From the sequence record SRR20825006_2320: a DNA stretch of 40,830 nucleotides. One strand, 5' to 3'. The position numbers and the translations under genes are program-made. Under the pieces are notes generated by a model, which saw only the letters and a program-made list of their open reading frames with translations, was not told the DNA's origin and ran no database searches. Of this stretch, positions 8,866 through 16,720 are shown piece by piece; position 1 is the stretch's first letter; every line of letters starts with the position of its first letter.

Positions 8866-9870
8866 TTATTCGCCGGGACGCGCGATGCCGAACTCTTCCG
8901 GCGAAGATTTGGTCATGCCAGCGTCTTGGAGCAACCACGTGGTGCCTTGCTGCCATTTGGTCAGGAAGGCCTCGGCTTCGTCGCCCGAAATGCTCATCAA
9001 GGTGAAGCCACGGGTTTCCATCAGGTCGGTAAAGTCCGGATTGGTCGCGGCCACGGCAAAAGCGCCTTCGAGTTTTTTAACGACATCATCCGGTGTGCCT
9101 TTTTTGACGAAAACGCCAAAGAACGGGCCCCAGGGCAGATAGGTCGCAAAGCCTTCGTTGGTTGCTGTCACCGGAGCAACGCCCGGAAGGTATTCGTTTT
9201 CTTGCACATCCACCACGGCGAGGGCTTTGATTTTACCGGCGCGCACGCTTTCGATGGCAGCCCCCAAAACGGCGGGCATGACGTCGATTGCGCCACCTTG
9301 CAGGGCAGTCAATGCCGGGCCGTCACCATCGTAAGGCACAGAAATCACGTCCAGATCGCCTTCGACCGTTTCGATCATCGCAGTGACAACAGAGGGCACA
9401 CCGCCCGGACCTGTGGAACCAAGGCGCACTTCACCCGGATGCTCTTTGATATATGCGATCATGCCAGCGTAATCGTCAAACGGCGCATCCGCACCGGCCA
9501 CAAGAATGGGCGTGCCGCGGGCCAGAATGTTGATCGGGGTAAAGTCGGAGTAATCTTTGTCGCCAAAGCCCATGACTTTATACAACAGCGGGTTTTCAGC
9601 CCCCATCAAGATTTTGTAGCCGTCAGCATCCTCGTTTGCGACATGGTTCAATGCGATGGCGCCAACGCCACCCGTCATGTTCTGCAACACGATCGTGCCA
9701 TCCAAGATGTCTTCGGCATGCGGCGTCACGGCGCGCATCACGGTGTCTGTCGAACCACCGGCACCCCATTGGATGATCCCTTGGATTTCCTTGGCTGGGT
9801 ACTCCTGTGCCACGGCGGCAGCCGACATAAGGCTCAGTGCGGAGACTGCGCCGATCAAGAAACGTTTCAT
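8866..9870 (-). CDS. tctC: Tripartite tricarboxylate transporter substrate-binding protein TctC (Bug family)
   Basis: Signal peptide, YPAKEI..IIQWGAGGSTD, NMTGGVG, DGYKIL, VPYDGDG motifs. Confidence 0.93.
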   Translation of the reverse strand: MKRFLIGAVSALSLMSAAAVAQEYPAKEIQGIIQWGAGGSTDTVMRAVTPHAEDILDGTIVLQNMTGGVGAIALNHVANEDADGYKILMGAENPLLYKVMGFGDKDYSDFTPINILARGTPILVAGADAPFDDYAGMIAYIKEHPGEVRLGSTGPGGVPSVVTAMIETVEGDLDVISVPYDGDGPALTALQGGAIDVMPAVLGAAIESVRAGKIKALAVVDVQENEYLPGVAPVTATNEGFATYLPWGPFFGVFVKKGTPDDVVKKLEGAFAVAATNPDFTDLMETRGFTLMSISGDEAEAFLTKWQQGTTWLLQDAGMTKSSPEEFGIARPGE

Positions 9871-9946
9871 AGATGTCCTCCCATCAATGTTTTGCAGAGC
9901 CTCTGTCCTTGGCTCCCCTATGCATAACAGATATGCAAATTGTGAA

Positions 9947-9990
9947 TAACGTCAAATACCGAAACATTGATATTATTAACTTCACGTTAT
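9947..9990 (-). promoter_or_regulatory. Putative LysR operator/promoter of the tctCBA-dehydrogenase-quiC operon
   Basis: ATAAC-N5-GTTAAT-N19-TTGACGTTA (T-N11-A dyad plus -35-like TTGACG); identical layout at 10990..11033. Confidence 0.7.
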
Positions 9991-10037
9991 TTTACTGTGC
10001 CGCGCCGCCAGATATCGCGTACAAAAGCGATGCCATT

Positions 10038-10952
10038 TTAGGAGCTTAACGGCTCAGTTGCTGCAAGCACCAGTTCTTTGCGAAACTGCGTTATCGCGTA
10101 TTCGGCAAAGCTGGATAAGACGCGCCCCTGTTTTTTGACCACATAGCTGCGGATGCAGCTGGCCTCTTTCAGCGGACGACGCACGATTCCGGGCATGTAC
10201 ACTTCGGCAACGGAAAAGCGGTCGATCAACGCAACGCCAAGACCATGGCGCACGAGGCTGACAACGGTTTGGGCAAAACGACCACGCATACTGTGTTGCA
10301 TGTCTATGCCGTGATCCAGAAACGGTTTGACCAGCAAAGCGCCATAGGGATCATCGGGATCGACCCCGACAAGAGGTTCATTGACCAGATCGTGGACCGA
10401 GATTTCGTCTTTCTCCGCCAAAGGATGCCCCTCTGGCAACACACAGACCAACGTGGTCGCGGCGATCTCTTCGGTTTCGATGCCGGGGTTATCGACCTTG
10501 GAGCTCATGATCACAAATTCGCCCCGTTCCAACAAAAGGTAGTCGACGGTCTCTTCGATCTTGAGAATGTTCAGGTCGATATACAGATCGGGGAAACGGG
10601 AGCGGACATTGCGCAGGGCACGGGCGGCGATGAATTGGGCGACGGAGGGAGCAGAGGCAAAGGCGAGTTGAACGTTTTCGCCTTTTTGCAGGCTCTCAAG
10701 AGACAGTTGGAGGTTTTCAACCCCCTTATAAACGGCGCGGATTTGGTCGAACACGGTTTGCGCCTCGACGGAGGGGACAAAAAGCCCAGAGCGGCGTTCA
10801 AACAGCCGCAGGTTCAGCGTCTCCTCGGTGTGCTTGATCAACCGGCTGACACCCGGCGCAGACACGCCGAGATACTCGGCCGCGCCCATGATCGTGCCGC
10901 GCAACATGACCGCACGAATGACTTCGATTTGTCTCAGGGTGATATCACGCAT
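10038..10952 (-). CDS. LysR-family transcriptional regulator
   Basis: TLRQIEVIRAVM..GTIMGAAEYLGVSAPGVSRLIKHTEETLNLRLFER HTH plus substrate-binding domain; alternative start 10973. Confidence 0.95.
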   Translation of the reverse strand: MRDITLRQIEVIRAVMLRGTIMGAAEYLGVSAPGVSRLIKHTEETLNLRLFERRSGLFVPSVEAQTVFDQIRAVYKGVENLQLSLESLQKGENVQLAFASAPSVAQFIAARALRNVRSRFPDLYIDLNILKIEETVDYLLLERGEFVIMSSKVDNPGIETEEIAATTLVCVLPEGHPLAEKDEISVHDLVNEPLVGVDPDDPYGALLVKPFLDHGIDMQHSMRGRFAQTVVSLVRHGLGVALIDRFSVAEVYMPGIVRRPLKEASCIRSYVVKKQGRVLSSFAEYAITQFRKELVLAATEPLSS

Positions 10953-10989
10953 GGATGGGTCCTCATCGGGCACTGACGCTCGGTTATGA

Positions 10990-11033
10990 ATAACACAATG
11001 TTAATGTAGAAATATACATGATACTTGACGTTA
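10990..11033 (+). promoter_or_regulatory. Putative LysR operator/promoter of the flavoprotein-TIM barrel operon
   Basis: ATAAC-N5-GTTAAT-N19-TTGACGTTA in the divergent lysR intergenic region. Confidence 0.7.
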
Positions 11034-11078
11034 ATTCATGCAAGTATGAAAAGTCTTTCCAATTTGGAGGAAAATATC

Positions 11079-12773
11079 ATGACTGCTCACGCGACCCCTT
11101 CCCAAGAGACCTTTGATCTGATCGTGATCGGGTCTGGTGCGGGCGGGCTGAGTGCCGCCGTGACCGCCGCGCATCTGGGACGCTCTGTTGTCGTGCTTGA
11201 GAAAGAGCCGGTGATGGGAGGGACCTCGGCCTGGTCCGGCGGATGGATTTTTGCGCCCCGCAATCCGGTGGCACAGCGCGCGGGCATCGTCGAGGACATA
11301 GACGCGCCGCGTCAGTATATTAAGGCCGTCACGGGCAACTATTACAAAGAGGAAAAGGTCGAGGCCTTTCTCGATGCCGCCCCGAGAATGGTCGCCTTTT
11401 TCGAAGACAACACCGCCTTGCAATTTGATGGCGGCTTGGTCATTCCAGACACCTACGGCCATCAGCCGGGTGCGGGCATGGGCGGGCGATCGGTGATTGC
11501 CAAACCCTTTGATGCGCGGGCTTTGGGCGCGAGCGTGAAAATCCTGCGCATGCCTCTAAAAGAGACCTCGTTCAAGGGCATGACGATTCAATCCGGTGCC
11601 GATCTCAAGGCCTTTATGACCATGACGCGATCCGTCAAATCCTTTGCCTATGTGACCCGCCGCGTATTGCGACATTTCCGCGATCTTGCGTTTCACAAAC
11701 GGGGCATGGAGCTGCGCAACGGCGCGGCTTTGATTGGACGCTTGATGAAATCGGCCAAGGATGCGGGGGTTGATCTGAGAGTGTCGCAATCCGTTTCTGA
11801 TTTGATTCTTGAGGGAGGGCGCATCACAGGCGTGCGCCTGAAGGATGGGTCAACGCTGATCGGCAAATGTGGCGTTGTTCTGGCCTGTGGCGGCTATGGT
11901 CATGACCTGGCGCGTCGCGCGGAAACCTTTGAACGCAATGACGAAAACCTGACGCTGGCCGTGCCCTCGGCAACGGGCGACGGGCTTCGACTTGGCGAAG
12001 CTGTCGGTGCCGTGATGGATCTCGATCTGGCCAGCGCCACCGCCTATTGTCCGGTGTCGCATGTTGTGTGGCCGGACGGGTCCAAAGGCCCGTTCCCGCA
12101 TATCATTGATCGCGGCAAACCCGGTGTGATCGGGGTGCTTTCGGACGGCAAACGGTTCTGCAATGAGGGGCTTGGCTATCATGATTATGTGACATCCATG
12201 ATGGATGCGGTCGACGCCGATGCTCCGGCGCGCTCCTGGCTGGTTTGTGATCATCGTTTCTTGCGGCGTTTCGGACTTGGCGTCGTGCGGCCTGCGCCGG
12301 TGCCCTTTGGCTACTGGGTCAAGTCCGGCTACCTCAAAACGGGCAAGACGATTGCGGCGCTGGCCAAGGCCTGTGGTATTGATCCGTCCGGGTTGGAGAC
12401 AACGGTGGCTGAGTGGAATGAGGCTGCCCGGCGTGGCGAAGACCCGGCCTTTGAACGCGGCAGCACCGCCTATATGCGGCTTCAGGGCGATCCTGAGTAT
12501 ACCCCAAATCCGAACGTTGCCCCGATTGAGCAGGGGCCGTTTTATGCAGTGGAGGTTGTGCCGGGCAGCTTTGGCACCTTTGCGGGCCTGAGCACCGATG
12601 GATCGGCGCGTGTGCAGGACGGGCAGGGGCACGTCATCGCAGGTCTTTACGCGGCGGGCACGGACAATGCGAATGTGTTTGGTGGGTTTTATCCGGCGGG
12701 TGGGATCAACCTTGGGCCTGCCATGACCTTTGGTTTTGTGGCCGGACGTCATGCCGCCACACTGGAGATTTGA
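11079..12773 (+). CDS. FAD-dependent oxidoreductase (FAD_binding_2 / 3-ketosteroid dehydrogenase-like)
   Basis: GSGAGG, GGTSAWSGG, LACGGY, TGDG, GKRFCNE, GLYAAG, YPAGGINLGPAMTFG motifs; GGAGG RBS before ATG 11079. Confidence 0.92.
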   Translation: MTAHATPSQETFDLIVIGSGAGGLSAAVTAAHLGRSVVVLEKEPVMGGTSAWSGGWIFAPRNPVAQRAGIVEDIDAPRQYIKAVTGNYYKEEKVEAFLDAAPRMVAFFEDNTALQFDGGLVIPDTYGHQPGAGMGGRSVIAKPFDARALGASVKILRMPLKETSFKGMTIQSGADLKAFMTMTRSVKSFAYVTRRVLRHFRDLAFHKRGMELRNGAALIGRLMKSAKDAGVDLRVSQSVSDLILEGGRITGVRLKDGSTLIGKCGVVLACGGYGHDLARRAETFERNDENLTLAVPSATGDGLRLGEAVGAVMDLDLASATAYCPVSHVVWPDGSKGPFPHIIDRGKPGVIGVLSDGKRFCNEGLGYHDYVTSMMDAVDADAPARSWLVCDHRFLRRFGLGVVRPAPVPFGYWVKSGYLKTGKTIAALAKACGIDPSGLETTVAEWNEAARRGEDPAFERGSTAYMRLQGDPEYTPNPNVAPIEQGPFYAVEVVPGSFGTFAGLSTDGSARVQDGQGHVIAGLYAAGTDNANVFGGFYPAGGINLGPAMTFGFVAGRHAATLEI

Positions 12774-12775
12774 TC

Positions 12776-13570
12776 ATGCCCCGTCCCTTGAGTGCCGCCC
12801 ATCTCACCGTCATCGACCTTGACCCGCCGCGTTTCATCGAAGCCGCCGCCAAAGCCGGGTTTGATGGCGTCGGACTGCGGCTTTTGCGCGTGACGGACAC
12901 GTCCCCCGGCTATCCGCTTTATGATGACCCGGCGATGCTACGCGCCACCAAAACGGCGATGGCCGCCACCGGGATCACCGTTGGTGACATCGAGTTTCTC
13001 AAGGTAACGCCCGACACGCGGGTTGCGGACTATGAGTGGCTGTTCGACATGGGGGCGGAGCTTGGGGCGCATCACCTGATCACCGCCCCTTATGACCCTG
13101 ATCTGTCGCGACTGTCCGACACGCTGGCTGCGCTGGCGGAGGCCGGTAAATCGCGCGGCGTGGCGATCATTCACGAGTTTTTCCCTTGGACCGATGTGCC
13201 CGATCTCGACACTGCGTTGCGGGTGGTGGAGGCGGCCGGACCTGAGGTGCATCTCTTGGTCGATAGTTTGCATTTTGATCGCTCGGGGTCCTCGCTTGCC
13301 CAGCTTGCGGCGATTTCGCCCGATCGTCTTCCCTTTGCGCATCTGTGTGACGCGCCTGTGGCCGAGCACTATACAACCGATGAGTTGTTGTTCACCGCGC
13401 GCGAAGCGCGGCTTGCGCCGGGCGAGGGCCAGATTGATCTACGCGCTTTTGTGGCGGCTTTGCCTGACGATCTGCCATTGTCGCTTGAGGTGCCGATGAG
13501 GTCTGCAGAGGGGGCCGAAGCTGTGCTGGCTCATGTGTGCTACATCGCACGGCATTGGCTGGCGCAGTGA
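12776..13570 (+). CDS. Sugar phosphate isomerase/epimerase-family TIM-barrel protein (AP endonuclease 2 fold)
   Basis: EF.PW, LVDSLH, HLCDA, RLAPGEG, LEVP metal-binding pattern; closely follows the upstream gene. Confidence 0.88.
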   Translation: MPRPLSAAHLTVIDLDPPRFIEAAAKAGFDGVGLRLLRVTDTSPGYPLYDDPAMLRATKTAMAATGITVGDIEFLKVTPDTRVADYEWLFDMGAELGAHHLITAPYDPDLSRLSDTLAALAEAGKSRGVAIIHEFFPWTDVPDLDTALRVVEAAGPEVHLLVDSLHFDRSGSSLAQLAAISPDRLPFAHLCDAPVAEHYTTDELLFTAREARLAPGEGQIDLRAFVAALPDDLPLSLEVPMRSAEGAEAVLAHVCYIARHWLAQ

Positions 13571-13577
13571 ATAACAT

Positions 13578-13861
13578 TCATGACACGCCTTCATGACCTC
13601 GGACAGGCCGAAGACGGCTGTCAAAGGCGAGATGCGCTTTGAAAAGGTAGGTTGCGCCTATAACAGCCATTTCGAAGTATCCTGCGTACGTCTTCGGGAC
13701 GGCATCATCAGCCCAGAAGTTCCTTTTGATCTCTCGGCGGGTGGTTGAACGATCTCGATCAAGTGTCATAGAGATCTTTGTCTTGGTGGCCTTCGCCTGA
13801 AGCATCTCGCTAAGATTCTACGTTCATCTAGAGTCAATTTTCGGTAGGGTCGTTTTATCAT
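13578..13861 (-). mobile_element. IS30-family transposase remnant (N-terminal HTH only, frameshifted)
   Basis: AGGAGG RBS then MIKRPYRKLTLDERRILAR, frameshift near 13806, then MLQAKATKTKISMTLDRDRSTTRREIKRN; no DDE domain follows. Confidence 0.75.
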
Positions 13862-13891
13862 ATCCTCCTGATTTACATCGAGGCTTGATCG

Positions 13892-14150
13892 AGGCTGTGG
13901 CCTCAATGGATCCAACATCTGATCGCGAAGCTGTAGACCATTGATAGGAAGTTTCGTTTGAGTTTTTCGCATCTGGTTGTCAGTCTGTGCATGTCCTTCA
14001 CTCTGCAAAAGAACCGTTCGACAAGGTTCGTTTTGCGTAGACATCTGGATCGTGCGGCAACCAATCCCAACGAGCACTTTGCCGGATGGTGGGCGCGCGC
14101 ACGGCCCAACCTCAGCGAATGTTCGAGATCCATATGGCCCAACGCCACAT
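13892..14150 (-). mobile_element. IS5-family (IS427-like) transposase C-terminal remnant
   Basis: PHDPDVYAKR / NLVERFFCRVKDMHRLTTRCEKLKRNFLSMVYSFAIRCWIH* across a frameshift; AGGCTGTGGCCTCA at 13892 resembles a terminal repeat. The 14150 boundary is approximate. Confidence 0.75.
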
Positions 14151-14170
14151 GGGTCACAAACCGGGAATAA

Positions 14171-14950
14171 TTATATTGTAAATGCGGCGCGGAAGGCGGC
14201 GAGCGCGGCATCTGGATCGTTGGCGGCAAAGGCCTCCATGCCAACAGGTCCACGGTATCCCATCTCGTCGAGCGCCCGCGCAACGCCTGTATAGTTGATT
14301 TCGCCCGTGCCCGGCTCGCAGCGGCCCGGATTATCCGCGACTTGCACTTCACCGATCCAGGGCAAGCAAGCGGCGCACCACCGCACCAGATCGCCTTCGC
14401 CAATTTGGGTGTGATATAGGTCCAGATTGATCCGCAGTTGGGGGCGATTGACGGTTGAAACCAGCGCCAAAACATCAGCCGTAGACCCGAAAGGGCACCC
14501 CGGGTGATCCAGCGGATTCAGGTTTTCCAATGTAAACGTTACGCCTTCTTCCTCGGCCATGTCGCAAACGCGGTGCAGCGTATCAATGGCACGCTGCATC
14601 ATGCCGGGGGAAAACACTCCATGACGCGGGATCGGAATTCCGCCATCGCCCAGACCGGTGCCATGCAGATTAAGCCGGGCAACCCCAAGCCGTTTGCCAA
14701 CGTGAGCGGTTTCACGGGCCGAAGCGAGAAGGGTTTGGGCGCCTTCTGCGTCGCTCAAGCGGCCTTGGAGGTAGCCATTCATGATCGTGAAGTTCGCCCC
14801 CGTGGCCTCCAACTTGGCGAGATCATGGTCGGGCCAATTCCATAGGCCAACTCCAAATCCCATCTCTTTGAGGCGCGATGCGCGCCATTCAATCGGCTTG
14901 TCCTGCCACAGCATTTCAGCGCATGCGGCCAGTGCAAAAGGTTGGGTCAT
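14171..14950 (-). CDS. Hydroxypyruvate isomerase (Hyi)-like TIM-barrel protein, probable inosose isomerase
   Basis: LENLN, NLDLYH, VQVADNPGRCEPGTGEINY, GYRGPVGME; last gene of the iol operon. Confidence 0.82.
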   Translation of the reverse strand: MTQPFALAACAEMLWQDKPIEWRASRLKEMGFGVGLWNWPDHDLAKLEATGANFTIMNGYLQGRLSDAEGAQTLLASARETAHVGKRLGVARLNLHGTGLGDGGIPIPRHGVFSPGMMQRAIDTLHRVCDMAEEEGVTFTLENLNPLDHPGCPFGSTADVLALVSTVNRPQLRINLDLYHTQIGEGDLVRWCAACLPWIGEVQVADNPGRCEPGTGEINYTGVARALDEMGYRGPVGMEAFAANDPDAALAAFRAAFTI

Positions 14951-14981
14951 ATTCATATCTCCGGGACCACCCAAAGGCGGA

Positions 14982-15776
14982 TTACATAAGGTGTTCAACT
15001 TCAGGGGCTGCGATAAAACGCCATTTGCGCAGCGGCCCGGCCATGACGTTCAAGTAATACATCTCGAACCCATGCGGCGCACCGCAAGGATGATGGCCAC
15101 GCGGCACGCAAACAACGTCGCCATCATGAACCGCCATGGTCTCATTGAGCTGCAAATCGTCTGTATAGACCCGCTGGATTCCAAAACCATTCGCCGGGTT
15201 GATCCGGTGGTAATAGGTTTCCTCAAGATAGGTGATATTCGGGAAGTCGTCTTCGTCATGGCGATGCGAGGGATATGACGACCAATTGCCCGCTGGGGTG
15301 AAAACCTCGGTCACCAAAAGGCTATCGCAATAATCCTCATTCTCCATTGCGATGTTGTTGATAAATCGGGAATTTGACTCTTCGCCCCGTTGGGTCAGGG
15401 TGATGCCATCGGGACCGATCCGTCGCGCCTTGTGCCCGGAGTGACCGGGCGCCCGACAGACCGCAATCGTGCAGTCCGTCGTGGCCTCTGCCTCCCAGTC
15501 TTCTCCGTTCGGAACATACAGGCAATGCGGCGGGGTCTTCTCAAAGACATTCATGCGATGGCCAAGCTCACCCCATTCCTGATCCGCAGCGGTAAAGCGT
15601 GCCTTCCCCTCAACCATCACGAAGATCACCTCGGTCTTGCCCGTCGCATCCGAAATTTTTTCCCCGGTACGCAATTTGAACAGGTCAAACCCCACATAGC
15701 GCCAGCCCGCCGACATGGGTGTGATCTGATGCACTTTTCCGTGCGTTCCAAAGGGACGTTTCAAAAGATCAGACAT
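14982..15776 (-). CDS. iolB: 5-deoxy-glucuronate isomerase
   Basis: GNWSSYPSHRHD, LEETYYH, VPRGHHP, YYLNVMAGP; start MSDLLKRP after GGAGG. Confidence 0.95.
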   Translation of the reverse strand: MSDLLKRPFGTHGKVHQITPMSAGWRYVGFDLFKLRTGEKISDATGKTEVIFVMVEGKARFTAADQEWGELGHRMNVFEKTPPHCLYVPNGEDWEAEATTDCTIAVCRAPGHSGHKARRIGPDGITLTQRGEESNSRFINNIAMENEDYCDSLLVTEVFTPAGNWSSYPSHRHDEDDFPNITYLEETYYHRINPANGFGIQRVYTDDLQLNETMAVHDGDVVCVPRGHHPCGAPHGFEMYYLNVMAGPLRKWRFIAAPEVEHLM

Positions 15777-16683
15777 GTGCGCCTCCGTCGAAAAAACCGG
15801 CGTCGCGTGCGAGCCGTTTGAGAGTGGCCAGGCCAAGGGTCTGATAGAGAAGCGGATTGCGCTGGTCGGGGTCCTGTTCAGCCTCAATCACGATCCAACC
15901 GTCATAGTTGTTCTCGGCAAGAACCTTCAGAAGCGGAGCAAAATCCACCCCCCCTTCCTGATCGCCTGGCACGGTAAAGACCCCAGCACGCACACCATCC
16001 ATGAACGACAGCGCGTCCCCCTCGACCTTGTCCCGGATCACGGGGCGGACGTTCTTGGCGTGAAAATGGCGGACGCGGCCGATATGCCTGCGCAACACCA
16101 CCTCAGGATCGCCGCCACCAAAAACACAGTGACCGGCATCAAACAGAAGCTTCGTCGCAGGCCCCGTGGCCGCCATGAAAGCGTCGATATCCTCAGGCGA
16201 CTGCACGACAGTGCCCATATGGTGGTGATAGACGAGATCAACCCCTTGATCAGAGCAATATTGCGCAATCTCTTCCACCTTAGCCGCAAACTCGGCCATA
16301 CCGGCACGATCAAGCACCGGGCGATCCGACAGCGGCCTATCCAGCCCCTGAACCGAATTCGACGTTTCGCATGCAATGCAGACCTTGCAGCCGTTGTGCT
16401 TTAGCTTGTCCAAATGCGGCTGGATTGCAGTTTTCTCGTCCTCAATCGAATGCGAAAGCAGGTTGAGCGAGTGCCAGCCCGAGATAAAGGCGAGCCCGTA
16501 TTCGGCCAAAAGCACACGCAGAGCCTCTGGGTCATCCTGCGGCCAGCGGTGGCCATTCTCGATTCCGTCAAAGCCGATCTGCCGACCCGCCTCGTCCAGG
16601 ATACGTGCGGTCGGAATATCGGCGCCAAGGGTCTGGTCGTCGTCGTTTGCCCATGCAATGGGATTTGTCCCGAACTGGATCAT
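15769..16683 (-). CDS. iolE: myo-inosose-2 dehydratase
   Basis: GTNPIAWANDD, YHHHMGT, FDAGH, FTVPGD, IEAEQDP motifs. Confidence 0.95.
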   Translation of the reverse strand: MIQFGTNPIAWANDDDQTLGADIPTARILDEAGRQIGFDGIENGHRWPQDDPEALRVLLAEYGLAFISGWHSLNLLSHSIEDEKTAIQPHLDKLKHNGCKVCIACETSNSVQGLDRPLSDRPVLDRAGMAEFAAKVEEIAQYCSDQGVDLVYHHHMGTVVQSPEDIDAFMAATGPATKLLFDAGHCVFGGGDPEVVLRRHIGRVRHFHAKNVRPVIRDKVEGDALSFMDGVRAGVFTVPGDQEGGVDFAPLLKVLAENNYDGWIVIEAEQDPDQRNPLLYQTLGLATLKRLARDAGFFDGGAHV

Positions 16684-16720
16684 CGGTTGTCTCTCCTATG
16701 GCGGAATGCCCGCCGGGGTG

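Noticed and set aside
9921-9937. TGCATA-N5-TATGCA dyad upstream of tctC as a second regulator site
   Set aside because: Single occurrence with no counterpart at the sister promoter; could be chance in AT-rich DNA.
13903-14475. 190-aa ORF as an intact transposase
   Set aside because: Only the last ~45 aa are transposase-like; the rest is an alternative frame overlapping the Hyi-like gene.
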